64,000 nt of DNA from Trichosphaerium sp. ATCC 40318 (taxonomy: Eukaryota; Protista; Tubulinea). Positions 25,401 through 38,216 of the stretch are shown one piece after another. Position 1 is the first letter of the stretch; the number at the start of each line of letters is the position of its first letter. The translations under genes and the position numbers were made by a program. The stretch spans positions 33,836 through 97,835 of the forward strand of contig JALMLS010000642.1 of assembly GCA_038496445.1 (NCBI GenBank), read 5' to 3'. The notes under the pieces were generated by a model that worked only from the letters and a program-made list of their open reading frames with translations, made no database searches and was not told the origin of the DNA.

Positions 25401-26709
25401 CAGATCTGAAAAATTGTATACAAGCGTCAGATTCTTTTGAAAATAAGTATAATCAAATAAATGGACACAGTTCGAATTTGGAATTTGTGGTTCAAAAAGG
25501 TGGTAAAAAATTAAGCTTCCACAACAGTAAATTCACATGCTTTATGTGCGCCATATAACCAGTTTGAAGGATGAAAAAATCAAAAACAATACAGAAAAAA
25601 TTCGTTTACCTTGCACGTCCCACGTGAGATATTTGAGCAACTTTATCTGTAATACCAATAGCAGATAACTGTTCGCTACTATTCATCTGGAACTGGAAGT
25701 CTTCTGAAACCTTTTCTTTGGCTGCTATATCATAAATAGCAGCAGTACAAAAAAAAGGTTCATGAATCCCAAACTCAAAAGAAAGTCCAAGTGCTTGTAA
25801 AAGAATAGCATGTGCTCCCCTGATTTGAAAAAGAAACAGTTAGTACTACCAAAAAAAATACAGAGGTCTCATTGCAGCCGAGTTAAACAAGACTAGGAAG
25901 AACTATTGCAAGTGGCACGGTAGCGTATTAGAACATTAAATTGGCAATCATCGGTTTTAACTTGAATGCAACGGACAATATTCCGGAAGGAAGGTATAAG
26001 AAGGAGCTAAAATACCTCCAAAAAGAGCAGTTGATGTACTTAAAAAAGACGTACAATTTCGCTTTATAACTTCGAAGATTTGGTGTTGCGCGTAATGTTT
26101 CTGGTTCACTAAAAAACTAGTGTCAATAGATGCCCGTTGCACTGTAGATGTGTGTTTTATTTTTTTTACCTCATATGGTGACTCCATAGTAATGCACGTT
26201 TTACTTTTGCCTAAAAGTAATAAAAAATAAGTAAGCGTGCTCGTAGTGTAATTCACATGCGTGAACGCACCATTCGTTTATCATTAAAAGTGTTTAGGTC
26301 TAGTAAGTCCAAAACTTCTTTACTGGCATCTCCTTGGTTAGGACTCTCGTATTCAGGCGTTGGTAGCTTTGAAAAAAGCGCTTTGGCATTTTTGATAGCT
26401 GTTGTCCTACTAACTACTGAAACAACCTTCCATGTATCCACAGAGAAGTGAGCGAGTAACCGACCGATGTGTGACTTTGTGCTTTTCAATTCTTCGTCCT
26501 TTGTAGCAAATATTTAGGCACAGGGCGTGTACAATTGTTTTAAAAAGGCGTACAAACAAGTTATTGTTACCAACACTCCGCCTCACTCGTGGTGTGTTCG
26601 TAATATCAACGAAAGTGTCTGATACTGCCAAGTTATGTTTTATGAGCGTTTCTGAGCGCTTAGTGCCTGTTAGGGCTTGCTCATAGCTGTTAAAGTTTGG
26701 TTGACTCAT
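16491..26709 (-). CDS. DOCK-C/D (zizimin-like) Rho-family GEF with a long Ser/Lys-rich C-terminal tail
   Basis: DHR-1/C2 YPHCAYRNLLYFYP..SSVSYHRKKPRFFDEFKIDLP..HLLCTFHHI; DHR-2 SPDARIAWLQKL, EEAAQ, KAKAWELA, LDGKEFIYR, LELPFTK, SPLGVAI, LQGCLL..VHAGPLAI. Confidence 0.9.
17390..17590 (-). repeat. Coding low-complexity EKKPS repeats in the DOCK tail
   Basis: KKPSEKKSSPAVEKKPSEKKPSRAGERKPSEKK... about 10 imperfect units. Confidence 0.8.
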
Positions 26710-27036
26710 GATCGCGTTATTTGTACTACACAAGCATTCCCCAGCCTTCGAAGTACTTTCGTGCACGCGTGAAATAGTGTTGACTACAAAAAGGTCGCAA
26801 ATACTTCCAAAACAAAACGACTATAGTAAAAAGGCTACAAACGAGCTTCAATGGTAGAAAATAGCCATGAAGGGTCAATACAATAACAAAAGGCGTTATA
26901 GGTCTGTAATCAATGTTTAGCTAAAAGAACGCTTACGAAGGGATATAATACACTACGCGCTTCGTAAAACGAGCGCTAACCGCTGATCTACATAATTTCC
27001 ATAATTTTTATTTCGGAAAGTCAAAATAATGATGTT

Positions 27037-30000
27037 CTACGACTTTTGAAGCTGGCGACTCACTAAAAAACAATTATTTACAAACAAACAAAAATCAAAA
27101 AACTGCACTACTGGTTTTCTTGTTCAAAAAAGTTGGCGTACCGAGCTTAGTGTATAACCCTCCTTTTGCTAATAATTCTGTATGTGTTCCCCTTTCTACT
27201 ACTCTACCTTGATCTATAACTACAACTTCATCCGCTGTCTTAAAGAAGAAATCAGAACCAAATTATTTATTTTTCTTTGTTTATCGAGAATTATTAACGT
27301 ACTTGAACCGTACTCAGTCTATGTGCTATTACAAGTACTGAGCGGCCTTCTTTGTCTCTTAATAATTTATCAAGAGCCTCTTTAACAAGATACTCGCTTT
27401 CTGAATCAAGAGCACTTGTCGCTTCATCCAGCAGTAAAATTTTTGGATCTATAATTATGATTTAGAATGTATTGACCAAACTGGGAAGTCATCTTTTAAT
27501 ACGTACTTCGTATCAACGCTCTAGCAATAGCTACACGTTGTTTCTGTCCACCAGAGAGGCGCACACCGCGTTCGCCAACCTTTGGAAAAGACTAAGACAA
27601 GAACACATATTTTTCTCTGTTTGTATATTACCTTTGTATCATAGCCGTCTGGGAATTCTAATATAAAGTCATGTGCATTTGCCATCTTGGCAGCCGCTAC
27701 TACACGTTCTCTTTTATCTGCCTCATCTCTGAAAAAGGATTCTGGCATGCCATACGCGATGTCTGTACACAGGCATCAACAAAAACGTGAAAAGAAAAAA
27801 CGTACTGTGGTCGATGGTTGTACTGAATAAATCAGGTTCTTGTGATACAAGTGCCATATGTTGATGAAGTTGCACTGGATCTAATGATTTTGTGTTCGCA
27901 CCATCAAGTAATATTTCACCGCTCTTAGGATAGTAGAAGAGCTAGCATTATTTTATTAGTATGCTATTGAAAAAAGAGAAAAACTAATGTTCTTTTTACC
28001 TCAATTAAATTGGCAATAGTCGATTTTCCACCACCTGAACGACCGACTAGTGCTGTGACCTTTGCAGGACGGAGTTCTAAGTTAATACCATGAAGTACAG
28101 TTACATCTTTACGAGTAGGATATGCGAATTCAACCTTGTTAAACTTAGTTTATAAAGAGCAAAAAAATAGAAAAAGAAGGTACATTATCAAACGTGATTT
28201 CTCCATTCATATCGCTGACAGGAATACCTCCCTTAATACGAACTTGTGGTTTTCTGTCCATAAGTGCAAATACACGTTCACTTGCACCAATGGCCTACAG
28301 ACTGACTCAGTTTTTCAAAAAAACTTTCGATTCTTACCTTCATAAAGTCTCCATACAACCCAGCGATTCCACCAAAGGAGAATGCAACTGTCAATGTATA
28401 CAATATAAAACTTGTAAGGGCACCAGGTGTCATCTTTTCTTTCACTACTAATGTTCCTCCATACCACAGAACGCCAGTAATAGCTAAATTAGCAAGAAAA
28501 GCAGCGGTAGCCTAAACAATTTATCAATAAGCACGTGACTTCGGTTTCTTTTTTTTTTGGTAGTAAAGGTTTGCTGCGTACCGCAAATCCTCCTTGGAGC
28601 CATGCTCTTGATTTTGCGAGTTGGTATGACTCTTCAACTGCGCCTTTGTACTTTTCTACTTCATAGCTTTCTCCTGCAAATGCACGGACTGTTCTAACGT
28701 TCGCAAGTGCATCTTCAGCAAAAGAAGCAGCCTGTGATTGAGTTTTAAAATAGGGGAAAAAGAGTACATTACGTACGTTTGCAAGTGCATCTTGAACTTT
28801 AGTTGAAAAAACTTTTATGTATTTTCCATAAATGAAAGCGCCAACAAATATGAGCGGAAGTACACCTAACATTACCTAAAAAATATATATGAGCTAACAC
28901 TGCTGATAATTTGTAGCGTAAAGTTGTCTGTGATGACACGTTACAGCGGTCAGAAAATCGTTTTTTTGCGGTTTTTTTTTATTTAACGGTTTTTTTCTCG
29001 TACCAGTGTCAAGTTCCATGACAGATAAAATAAAATACCTATGCCGCCAATACAATTTGCGCTAAATCTTAGTCCCATTGATACATTTGCAGTACAAGTA
29101 TTTTGTAATACAGACTAAAAAGAGAAATAAGAATAAAATGAGAAAATCTAAATGAAAAATGATTCTTGAAGATTTAAGAAAGCCACGTACACAGTCTGAT
29201 GACAAACGATTTATCAACTCACCAGTCTTCGATTGATCAAAGAATCCTATCTCTTGAGAAAGAATACGCTCAAAAAGATTTCCACGTAAACGAGCAACAA
29301 CACGTTGTCCTTTCAAAAGAAAGTTAGTCTGAGTTCAAAAAAACAGCAGATTTAGTTTTTCCTAAGTGACATATGACACTATGCTTGTCAAAGTTTGGTG
29401 TTGTAAGAGCGTACCAGCTATATTAAACAATGAAGCACGCAAGAATGTGAATACTGAGCCGATCAAAAAGAAAATAATCAAACCTATTGCAGCTTCGCCT
29501 AGTAAGCCCGACTACGCGTATTGTTAGAAGAAAAGTGCTCAAGGTACATTTACTTTTACCTTTTTCTGAACCATAACTGAATCTATAATGTTCCCCATTA
29601 CCTTTGGGATCACCAAAAAACTGCCTGAACCGATTAATAATGAGATTGTGCCACCAAGAATCAAAAGCCATTCTTTCTTCGCTAATCCAAGTATACGCAT
29701 GAACGTAGCGTGGTTCACTTTTTTTTTAGGTTCTTCCGCCGTTTTGTCATCTTTTTGTTTTTTCGAGCCGTTTTCTCCGTTCTACGCCGAGTTAACTAAT
29801 GTTATACAACGCTACGCCATTTAAAGTGTAATACGGGTTTCGGATAATTCTTTTTTCCTAAACAGCGAAACGTACCGAATACCGTTTTAACAATGGTGCA
29901 TCATCTTCATCACTCTCCTGCCAACTGTCATGAGCCATATTTCGACATTGTAAGCGAAATAGCGTACCGAGTCATCGTGCCCATTTATAGGCGTATTCCG

Positions 30001-30042
30001 AGGTTCCAGAGGAACAACTACAGAGTCTGAACTTGTTGCCAT
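27037..30042 (-). CDS. ABC transporter subfamily B half-transporter (ABCB10/TAP-like)
   Basis: [34 protein letters not shown]; FAYPTR; Walker [10 protein letters not shown]; ANAHDFI..PDGYDT; [13 protein letters not shown]; [14 protein letters not shown]. Confidence 0.93.
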
Positions 30043-30273
30043 GCTCAAGACAAAATGTCAATAAGTATTACTTGAAAACTGCGACTTTTTTAGGTTTGCC
30101 CGCTGGAATGTCCACTTCCGCCTCCGCAAACATGAAATGGCGTTTATTTCCATAGTACTCGTGTACAACAGCGGCTTGTTATTGAGGTCAGTTAAACGCA
30201 GATTACAGGAAGTCGGGTTTATTGGGCTTTGTTTAAGTGAAAGGAATGACACGTCTCGATAATTCAGTTTGGA

Positions 30274-32273
30274 CTAAGTTTCTTTTATTGTCTTTTCTAG
30301 ATAAAGTGGTAAGTAATATAAAGTGCATAAGAGATAGAACGAACCTCCTTTTCTAATACTGTTGTGCTTTGCTATGATCTCACCAAGTATTGTTATGTTG
30401 ATGCCAAAAAAGATCAACGATGCTGTCCATAATTGTGGAAACACCTCTTGCCCTTGAAACTCTAACAAGTAACCAAAACCTAACCATAAAACCTACTCTC
30501 AAGTTAGAGTCTACAAGACACGTGCAATGTAATAATTTTTGTTGGTTTTTTTTGTTGTTTTGCAACACTTGTTCGTTAAAATACTCACCTGTCCTAGAAA
30601 CCATCTTACAAAGTATTGAATAGCATCATTTTGCTTTATCAACGTGAATGGTACAATAAAGGGAAGTAACGAAAAGTACCAGATAAAGTACTACATCAAA
30701 GAAACGTTAGAGGAAACGAAGTTAGTTGTAGTGATTTCTTTTTGGAAAACATAATCACGAAAATGGCGCTTACCTGGACAGTGCAAACCTTATTGAATAT
30801 AACGAATATCGACGTTTGTACAAATAAACAAAAGGTGATATCGTGATAGTACTTGAGTGTGGTAGTACCGATTAATATAGCTTGAGGCAAAAAATAAATA
30901 AGGCTATCTGAAATCACGGAGTTAAGGCTTGTCAAATACACGTGTAATAGCAAAATGTAAAAAGTAAACTAAATATTCATAAGTTTTTCTGTGTGGATAC
31001 ATAGTGATGGAAGCACTGTTGTAGAGTTGAGATAAATCTCATAAAAGTAAACTGAAAAATTATGTCTCATGTCTTTTCGCCATAAGTGATAGAAATAGGC
31101 TTCATTGAGCATTGTAATGCCATACCTAAGTTTAGTTAGGTTTATCAAGATACGTTAAACTATTAAACGCTGTAGTTCACATTACGACATGTGATTTTGA
31201 AAGGAATTAAAAATCTTTGGGTTTTTTTGGAAAATTGTTCGTACTTTTTGTATAATCCATAGGTCATACCAAGGAACGTGAGAGCACTCACGAGACCAAA
31301 TACAATAGCTCTTGGATGGAATGCATGCGTAATAATACTACCCTTACGACCACTGCTCTCATAACCAATAAAGAGAGCCAAAGATATTGAATAAATTATG
31401 GGGTATATTTTAAAATGTACTGCTATACCGTACCTGCAGTAAAACAGTTAATTCACCTAGTGGGTACACGTATGATATGTTAGTATTACGTACACAACTG
31501 CTGCTAGAAGTAAAAAATTGTTGTAGAGAAGGTAGAGCGAAAGCAAAACAATTGATCCAACTATTGATTCTGCATTTCCTCTTGTACTGACATTGATTGC
31601 AATGGGATTAAACAACCATACGCACGCGCATAGGAGTGCGTTTGAGCTTTACAGAAGAGAATAAGTGACACGTCGTTCCATAAAAAAATTGTTTGTTTGG
31701 CGTTTTGGCGCTAGATTCAAACCTGTGGACGCCTGTTTGTTGGTTTAAGCGTTTTTTTAATAAATAAAGTTTCCTCTCGCGAAAACGCTACGCATTGTTG
31801 CAATAACTGATTTGTACCTTGTTTGGCCTTTTTCCATCATTATACGGTAAATAACGAACCCAATCAATAAATCCGCAGCCACGAATACGATTTTTCCCCA
31901 TATAATGTTCCAGTAAATGTTTGGAAGCATCATGTACGCACTAATATTGTTTTGAGTACAATCTATACCAATACACCTCTAACGCACAGTAGTGGCGTAT
32001 AGCGATACGTGACTCGATTAAACGGTGAATCGCCTAGTTCTGTCATAAAAAAGTTCAAGAGTGCGCAGTACCGTTAGCAACATGCGCTGCTCCATCAGTG
32101 ATGACGTCGTAATCAATGTCAGTGTAGTTAACGTTAACTGTAATTTAAATCAGTTGTTTAAATGGCCAGTGGCGCTTTTGCATACGTTGTGAGTCTTGCC
32201 AATACCCATATGCGACGAGCACTGCGCGTACAGCCAAAGCGGCAAAAAAAACGCCGTAAGCAGTGCGGCTCAT
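30274..32273 (-). CDS. PIGM: GPI mannosyltransferase 1 (PIG-M)
   Basis: [80 protein letters not shown] motifs. Confidence 0.93.
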
Positions 32274-32448
32274 GAGTGCTCAGAAGAGGTAATGTTTCTG
32301 CTATTTTAGGTGATTGTCGTGTTTTTAATCAGTTTTGTTATAATCCAGTCAAAATTTTTATTCATTTGCTCTTATTTGGTGCCAGTCAAAACGACTAAAC
32401 TTGGCGGTTTGTTTGAAGTATGGCTGTCAGTTCTACATTCACATAAAA

Positions 32449-34724
32449 ATGAGTGCGTATATACAAAGTAAAAATACATTTCTTTTTTCAGTAGAAAACG
32501 AATGCAAAATCCATCCTGTACTACGTAGCGTGGTTTGGGTTAATTTAGTAATTGGCTTAGAGTGTATTCTGGCATTTACACTAGTATTGGTTACAATAGT
32601 ATGTACAAGCGCTATGACAGTCACCAGGCGAAATAGAACTGTAGAGATAATTAAACACGCCAACTGGCGTGCGCCTAGTTTTTCTTACACACAAATAAGC
32701 GGTAGGGAGAATAGTATATATCCTTTCTTACAACACTGAAGGTCGCTTGGTTGAATACACTAAACGAAACATATCTCTAAACGGCACAATTGTAATGCGA
32801 AATCACATTCAAGGAGACCCAGCAGTGGTACTCCGTGATGCAGAAGACAGAGGCGCCATCGGAGTCATATTTTACTTTACGTTTACTGGTACGATACATC
32901 ATATTGTAACGAGAGAATGATTCGCGCGTTTGACTGATTCTGTTGCGTTTTGTTCCAAACAGTTTGTTATTTTCGGGTTGTTGTTGGCTCAAAAAAGAAC
33001 TCAGACAGGAATCAGCCGTATTATTCCATTTTAACGTATCAGAGCGTCAGCGATAATGTTGATGCCTACTAGTAAACTACAAACAGTTTTAGTTAATACG
33101 AAAACTATTGTAACCAAGTAGTGACGCGATAACTACGGAGTAGAACCTTTTTGAGAGTATTTAGCAAGTTTAACTTGTGTACTAGATTATGCTGGATGGC
33201 AATACACTCATACGCTTAAAACAAGCATACCAATCATTACTCTTGGTTCAAAAGATGGACGAAGGCTTATTGAATACATGCAAACCTCAAACTCCTCTAT
33301 CTTTGTAAATATCGCTTCAGCGGATGGTAATATTCAGCTTTTTATGATTTTAGCGATTTTTTAACTGTATTTCCTAACTTGGCTTTATAGAGACTAATGA
33401 ATGGAGGGACGTGTATGACAGTTGGGTGTTGCCTATGTGGATGGCAGCGTCAGTTCTTTTCTCTGCGTGTAACTGCCTATTGGTGATTTTTAAGCTTTAT
33501 GTACGACCGAAACATTCTCACAGACGAGTTTCTTCAAGCTGTTTCTCGTTCAACTTCAAAGTCTTACTTTATTGTTTAGCGTTTTTCTCAAGTGTCAACA
33601 CTCACAATTACTATTGCTACAAGTTGCTTGGGTATTGAGCTTATTGCTAACTTTATACGGATGGTTTATTTTGCTGTTGACCCAATATTCTTTCGTGGAA
33701 TTCTTTCTCTTATGGTTGCTAATATTGTACTCACAATAACGTTGCCAATGTCAGTGGCTACTACACTACTAATTTCTCTTTTTTGGTACGTTTTTTTTGT
33801 GCCACATACAAGCCATGAAGGGCGGAGTCATCTTTTCTCGTTTTTTTCATGTTTTTTTTTAAATTGATTTTAGGGAGGAACTTACAAGACGTTTGAAAGT
33901 AGTTGTAGTGGCTCCTTTCCTTACTTGGTTTAAATGGCCTTATATTATTACAATTTTTGTATTGTTTGCTGTTGATATAAGTACAGCAGTAGTAACAAGT
34001 CTGTGGGGCGTTGGATCTATTGCAGTACGTTGTTTTTCGTTGCTACAACTTTTATTTTTGTCATCTTTCTTTCTCACGTTTTCTTTAGATTATTTTCATA
34101 CGCGCTGTGATAAATTTTGGAGTGGTGTTGACTATCACTGGTTTTTTCTTCTACACTGGAACGAAGATTCTTGTAAATGCTTGGCAAAGTCGTTCTATTC
34201 AAGCAAAACGTAAACGATATGAACGTGTTTCTAAGGTAGACTGTATTATTTTGTGATAACTCTTGTATTGTTAACAAGTGCTATTTCAGGTTTCAATATT
34301 CATCATGTCGAGTGGTATTGCCAATATTGTATTTCTTGGGGTAGGTGGGCTGTTTGCAACAAAGTTATTAGGTACAAGACAGTTTTTATTTTTTGGCTTG
34401 TTTCTTTAACCTTCTAGAGTATAGACGTTAATCGTTTGTTTAGGTAATCCCAATGTGTTTATTTGGGGGTGGTTTATAGCGTTTTTGGCTCTTAACACTG
34501 TAAGCCTTACTCAAATCTTGGCTTTCACGCCCCCAATTCCAGCCAGCAATTCTACCAGATCTGGACGATATTCTAGATCTGTTGGGAATGAGCGAGTGCT
34601 TAATAGTATCAAACGAGAAACCCTTAATGAACGAAAAAAACCAGATACACTTGTTGAAGAAGAGACACAGGAGCAAGATAGTGGACTAGTTAAGACATTG
34701 CCCGCAGAAACTTTAAAACCATAA
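32449..34724 (+). CDS. Protease-associated (PA) domain plus ~7 TM membrane protein, orphan receptor-like
   Basis: LNGTIVM..VLRDAEDRGAIGVIF..IPIITLGSKDGRRLIEY (PA-like) followed by about seven hydrophobic helices and a polar tail; start assumes a 4-nt first exon ATGA|gtgcgt. Confidence 0.65.
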
Positions 34725-34896
34725 AATAATCTGTACATTAAAAAAAAATAAAACCTGTTACAACATTGAGACTTCGTTTAAGTTCACATGCTATAGTGCG
34801 TATGATATACGTACACTAATTGGTTAAATGAGTAGTGTGACGTAAGTACTAGCAAGTCACGTGGTTAATATATTTTGAGCCATGCATCTTGCTATT

Positions 34897-35568
34897 TTAA
34901 ATTGCTTCTGAAATCGTATGTACATTGTTTGTTCTATAGTCTTCCAAGGCTTGTGATAACACTCTTTTCTCGTGTACTAATTGGTTCATTTTAGCTACTT
35001 GTATGTGGTGCTTTTCCATGAGCTCTAAGTTGTGTAAACAAGAGGGTTGGAAAAGAAGAAGCAAGTCAGCAGTGCCTAAATATTTGTTTTTCTCGAATTT
35101 TAGCTTGTCTTCAAGTTCTTTAATACGTTTCTTCATGTTCATGATATCTCCTGAGCAAGCCTGAACTTTTTCAACGGTGATACCATCTTCTTTTTTCTTT
35201 ATAAGCTCTGTTATGGTATCATCTTGTCTTACTCTGTTACACTGTTTGAATTTCAACAACAAAATAAAAGTTTGAGTACTCAGTACTACTATTATCAGTT
35301 CGCGTACGTTTTGTGTTTATAGTATTCATAAGCGTTTACGCACGTGTTTAATGAATTTGAATATCTTATGCTTGTTTGGACTATGGGCAGTTATTTCTGA
35401 TGCGCGGAAGCTTAAATACGCACAAAATTGTGTATTTATCCAAAGTTGAGTACAAACGACTACAAGGATGAAAATACTAACACCTGTAGTAGTATAATGC
35501 CATAGTTGGTTTGAGTTATTAATCTTAGAGTCGATTGCTTTTTTAGTAACTTTTTCGTTGCCTGACAT
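34897..35568 (-). CDS. Hypothetical single-TM coiled-coil protein
   Basis: MSGNEK.. TM GVSIFILVVVC, then heptad-rich MKKRIKELEDKLKFEK..; exons bounded by splice signals. Confidence 0.55.
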
Positions 35569-35641
35569 TTTAAAAATAACATTTCCTTAACTACAATTAG
35601 CCTTAACATGTCAGAATTAGTTTTATTTGTACGCTACGTTG

Positions 35642-37774
35642 ATGCTCCTCATTGGGTTAGTTTCAATACTCGTACTGTACGTATTGTGGATATACAGATG
35701 GAGGTTTTCATCTAATTTACCTCCTGGCTCTTATGGTACGCATTAAGAAAAGCTAACAGAGTTTTCATATGAAATTGATCAAAACATTTTTTCTCTGTGG
35801 ACGAATTTTGTGTTGCCTTGTTAGGCTAACTTACTTTTTTTTGCTTTTTTGATACTATTATTATTAGCTAATAGATTTTTGAATAGGTTATCCAGTTATA
35901 GGACAATTATTATCTATGCTTCAAGATAAGAATTTCTTCACAAGAAACTTCAAACAATACGCAAGATTCAAAGAATTTAAGAGCAACTTTCTATTTTCAG
36001 ATGTCATATTTCTACTTGATACAAGCTTCGTATTTAACGCTAAAGTACGTCTTAAGAAAAAAGCACAGTGAATATTTTTTGGAAGAAAAAAAGTAAAACA
36101 GGAATTAGGGCTTGGACGCTGGTTGGCCTTCGCATTTTGTTTCTCTTTCAGGTAAGCACTCCCTCGCAGGGTGTCCTCTTGGGAAACGCCATAGAATAGA
36201 ACGTGCTGCTCTTGGTATTGCATTTAAACCGGCGTAAGTTAAGCCACCTCTTTTTTTTTCTTGTGTATTTGTTTGGTTTTTGGTTTTTGCTTAGCGAATT
36301 TGTAGTGTTTTAAAAAAATTCATGCCTCTTGTTTCGGATGTTGTTGATAAGCATTTGAATGATTGGATAGAAGAAGGATACAAAGAAGTCAGACCATTTG
36401 CACGGAGAATCTCATTTACAATGGTATTCATCATGTGCTGTTTTGTATTTCGCTGAAACTAGTTTTGGTTTTCAGCACTTACCAAATGCAGTTTTTTCTG
36501 GTAAACACTTACTAAGTTTCTGACTAAAGGTGTTAACTTCGTTATTGGGTGAATCACTACCACCAGATGAGCTCAATGAATTCTTGACTGAGTTCAAAAA
36601 ATGGGTACTTGAGTTTAATTCGTTGTTTTTGGATTTTGTTTTCAAACGCCATTTAGAACGATGGGTTGCTTTCTTTACCAATTAATTTACCTGGAACAAC
36701 TTTTTCAAAAGCAATGAGTTCAAGAAAGAAGATACTGAACAAGCTGGACACCATTATGACCTTGAAACTACACAAAAAAGTACTCAAAACCTACTATTGG
36801 TAATACGCTCATACTGCATTAAGGACTTGATTGGAACCATTGACCACCTCCTACATGCTTCGTGAGTATTTGATAAAGCACAATTTGTATAACTAGCATA
36901 GTGGCGACGAGTACAAATTCACAAAAGAGCAGATTATGGATCACACTTTACTATTTTTACACGGAGGTATTTGTGCTTCCGGTTGCAACAATCTCTAATT
37001 ATACCTCAGGGTTTGACACAAGTTCAGCAGTATTAACTTCTATGCTTTCAATACTCGCTGAACACCCTCATGTTTATGAAAAGTTGTATGAAGAAGTTAA
37101 ACAGTACAATAAGCCGTTGGTACCAAGTGACTACGAAGCGATTTGTTCTTTGCCGTACTTGAACGGAACAGTTAAAGAAGTGCGCAATACTTGAAATGTA
37201 GGCATCAAATGTACTAACTATTAACTCTTCAAGGTTCTTCGTATAGCACCACCAACGCCAGTTTTATTTAGAAAAGCAAAAGAAACAATGGGAACTCCAA
37301 ACGTACGTAAATAACTTTTCTGCCTTCCTTTTTGTCACGTGATTTTTCATTAACTTTTGACAAAGGGGCACACCTTGCCAGAAACATGGAATGTTGCTGT
37401 ACCTATAAAATACATTCACCATAGCAAGGATAACTGGGTTGAACCAGAAAAGGTACCGCTGAACTAGCTCTGTGTTGACATCAGATTATATGTTGATTTG
37501 TTGTTTAGTTTGAACCACAACGCTTCATTGACGGTAATCCTGCTAAGGACATTTATTGTCCCTTCGGAGGAGGAAGGCGAATGTGTATCGGTAAGAATCT
37601 TTTTGGTCAGCGTGTCTAACTGTGTTAGGATATAAAATGGCAATTTTGAACTTGAAGATAATGATAGTGAGACTATGTTGCCAATGTAGCAAGCTAGAAA
37701 TTAAAGATGCGCATACAGACAATGGAGTTGCTTACTGCCTGGAGTCATCAATAAAACTCACAAGACGACAGTAA
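35642..37774 (+). CDS. Cytochrome P450 (CYP26/CYP120-like resemblance, clan uncertain)
   Basis: N-terminal anchor plus LPPGSYGYPVIG; I-helix LFLHGGFDTSS; KEVLR; FEPQRF; heme motif PFGGGRRMCIG. Confidence 0.92.
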
Positions 37775-38216
37775 TAACTATCCTTAAAACAACTAATAAA
37801 AACAAAGACTTCCACAAAATGCGCACCAAACAAATAAGCAGTAGCTCCTTACAAACTCTTACTTACATAATTCAATCACTGAAGGTGCATGAAATGCACA
37901 TGACAACTGAGATATGAGGACGTACCAAACGCAACAACCAAACAAATCATACTGTTTGAATACTGAAACAAATAAGGAAACTGTTCAGCTCTGTCTAACC
38001 AAGTATTCAATGAAGCGTTAGTACATTAACGTTATAAAACTCAAGATGGTCCCTGTTGTACCAGTAGCAATGATGGGAAGTTTATAAGATACTTGAGAAA
38101 TTATCCTGCACCTATTCAATGAAACAATGCTCGGTTTTGATTTGTAGCGGGAAATTAGCGTGAAAAACTATCCCAGAGGTTGTATTTTGGTTGAGCGACA
38201 TTGACTCTTATTCAAG

